NCBI GenBank assembly: GCA_035296625.1
Contig: DATHAO010000049.1
Location: 3,264-67,263, forward strand
DNA length: 64,000 bases
Source: Acidimicrobiales bacterium
GTDB lineage: Bacteria > Actinomycetota > Acidimicrobiia > Acidimicrobiales > VFJN01
Direction of reading: 5' to 3'
Shown here: positions 62,777 to 64,000 of the stretch, one piece after another
Numbering within the stretch: the stretch's first letter is position 1
Layout of the letters: each line of letters opens with the position of its first letter
The notes under the pieces: model-generated
Told to the model about the DNA's origin: nothing
Databases searched by the model: none
What the model saw: only the letters and a program-made list of their open reading frames with translations
Made by a program: the position numbers and the translations under genes

Positions 62777-63226
62777 CTAGGCGAGGCCGACCGAGCCCCC
62801 GGTGCCGGTCGCCGTGAGCCGTCGCAGCGCGTCCCCGACCTGTCGAACCTCGTCGCCCGTGAGCTGGGCATCGATGTGTTCGTTGATGACCGAGAAGGCG
62901 GTGTCGACGGACCCGAGCGCGGCTGCTCCGCTCTCGGTGAGGACCAACGCCCGAGCACGCCCGTCGCCCGGGTCGACGGTGCGGTCGACGAGTCCAGCGG
63001 CGATCAGGCGCCGCACGAGGGTCGTGATCGACGGTTCGGCCTGTCGCAGCGTCCTTGCGAGCGCTCGCTGGGAGATACCCGGCCGTTCGTGGATCACGGC
63101 CAGCGCTGCTGCCTGAGCCGTGGTGATGCCCGCCTGATCGATGCAGTGCCGGTCGGCCTCGGTCCGGAGTCGCGCCGCGGCGACCTGGAGGTGGAAGTAC
63201 AGACGCTCATCGCGTGCCGCGGGCAT
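62777..63226 (-). CDS. MarR-family transcriptional regulator
   Basis: 149 aa. The winged HTH is ITTAQAAALAVIHERPGISQRALARTLRQAEPSITTLVRRLIAAGLVDRTVDPGDGRARAL. Confidence 0.88.
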   Translation of the reverse strand: MPAARDERLYFHLQVAAARLRTEADRHCIDQAGITTAQAAALAVIHERPGISQRALARTLRQAEPSITTLVRRLIAAGLVDRTVDPGDGRARALVLTESGAAALGSVDTAFSVINEHIDAQLTGDEVRQVGDALRRLTATGTGGSVGLA

Positions 63227-63236
63227 GCCTGGATAT

Positions 63237-63254
63237 TACTTAGCATCCTAAGTA
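63237..63254. promoter_or_regulatory. candidate MarR operator (perfect 7-4-7 inverted repeat)
   Basis: TACTTAG-CATC-CTAAGTA lies in the 38-nt divergent spacer between marR (start 63226) and the amidohydrolase gene (start 63265). It is strikingly AT-rich for this genome. Confidence 0.5.
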
Positions 63255-63264
63255 CTGTGCACGG

Positions 63265-64000
63265 ATGATCATCGACGTGTGGGCGCAGCAGCCGAATCCG
63301 ACGTTCGCCGCGCAGCCGTGGCTGGACACACTCCTGGCCTGGACAGGCCAGGAGCGCACTGGTGTGGTCGACGCGGAGGCGACCGTCGCGGCGATGGATG
63401 CCGGCGGCGTGGACGTCGCCCTGATGAGCGCCTGGTGCGGACCGGCCGGGGAGTTGATCGGCAACGACGAGGTCGCGGAGCTGGTAGGGCGGTACCCGGA
63501 TCGCTTCCGCGGGGTCGGCACGGCGGACATCCGGTCGCCGGCGGCTGCGTGCCGGGAGAGCCGGCGTTGCGTCGACGATCTCGGGTTCGTGGCGATTCGC
63601 GTGGTGCCCTGGCTGTGGAACCTGCCGCCGAACGACCGCAGGTACTACCCGCTGTACGCGACGTGCGTCGAGCTCGGTGTGCCGCTGTGCACGCAGATCG
63701 GCCACACCGGCCCCCTCTGCCCCTCGGAACCGGGGCGACCGATCCCGTACCTCGACGACGTGCTGTTGGAGTTCCCGGAGCTGGTCGTGGTGGGCGGCCA
63801 CGTCGGTTACCCGTGGATCGACGAGGTCCTCTCCCTGGCGACCAAGTACCCCAACTTCTACGTCGACACGTCGGCGTACGTGGTGCATCGGCTTCCCGCC
63901 CCCCTGGTGGAGTACATGCGGGGACGAGGACGCACCCGTGTCCTGTTCGGCACGAACTGGCCGATGCTCAGTGCGCGGCGAGCACTCGCCCGTCTCGGCG
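63265..64000 (+). CDS. amidohydrolase-2 (ACMSD-like metal-dependent hydrolase/decarboxylase) family protein, 3' end outside the window
   Basis: My own translation from ATG 63265 reads MIIDVWAQQPNP...VALMSAW...YPDRFRGVG...LGVPLCTQIGHTG...VVVGGHVGYPW...NFYVDTSAY...VLFGTNWP. There is no stop before position 64000. Not in the ORF track. Confidence 0.75.
   Translation, partial: MIIDVWAQQPNPTFAAQPWLDTLLAWTGQERTGVVDAEATVAAMDAGGVDVALMSAWCGPAGELIGNDEVAELVGRYPDRFRGVGTADIRSPAAACRESRRCVDDLGFVAIRVVPWLWNLPPNDRRYYPLYATCVELGVPLCTQIGHTGPLCPSEPGRPIPYLDDVLLEFPELVVVGGHVGYPWIDEVLSLATKYPNFYVDTSAYVVHRLPAPLVEYMRGRGRTRVLFGTNWPMLSARRALARLG

Noticed and set aside
1-64000. Searched for tRNA/rRNA genes, transposases, integrases, phage genes, toxin-antitoxin pairs, and obvious compositional islands.
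   Set aside because: None was recognised. The intergenic spacers are short, and the only clearly lower-GC stretches are the promoter-like regions at 16051-16557, 22560-22670, 48140-48160 and 63227-63264. The absence of RNA genes should still be confirmed with tRNAscan and Infernal.

Overview
This is a very GC-rich (by eye about 70 percent or more), gene-dense chromosomal segment. Its gene content and local synteny look actinobacterial: moeA-moaA-moaC, galU, an FmdB-type zinc ribbon, MTAP, uppP, dxs, DUF3097, DUF4383 and nitrobindin. I call about 59 protein-coding genes, many joined by ATGA/GTGA/TGATG start-stop overlaps. I recognised no rRNA, tRNA, CRISPR array, transposase or integrase. The ORF track uses ATG, GTG and TTG starts, and many of its longest entries are antisense or out-of-frame artefacts of the GC content. 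Where a real gene sat at the 3' end of an over-extended ORF, I trimmed it to a plausible start. The most interesting locus is a tightly coupled four-gene minus-strand operon at 26987-33998. It encodes a HerA-like ATPase, SbcD/Mre11, SbcC/Rad50 with a CxxC hook, and a divergent 391-aa protein whose motif order resembles a NurA nuclease. That is the archaeal herA-mre11-rad50-nurA gene order in a bacterium. Other points worth a second look: (1) an intergenic array of about eight 33-bp hairpin-containing tandem repeats at 25599-25861; (2) a LigD-type phosphoesterase-polymerase fusion with no ligase domain and no Ku nearby; (3) a TldD gene followed by two tandem PmbA paralogs; (4) a seven-gene translationally coupled operon (48223-57563) that ends in a GGDEF diguanylate cyclase; (5) a DUF1772 gene and an N-terminally short NUDIX ORF in the same frame, separated by a single TGA; (6) many in-frame minisatellites that encode low-complexity protein inserts. 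All family assignments come from motif recognition by eye. No database search was run.
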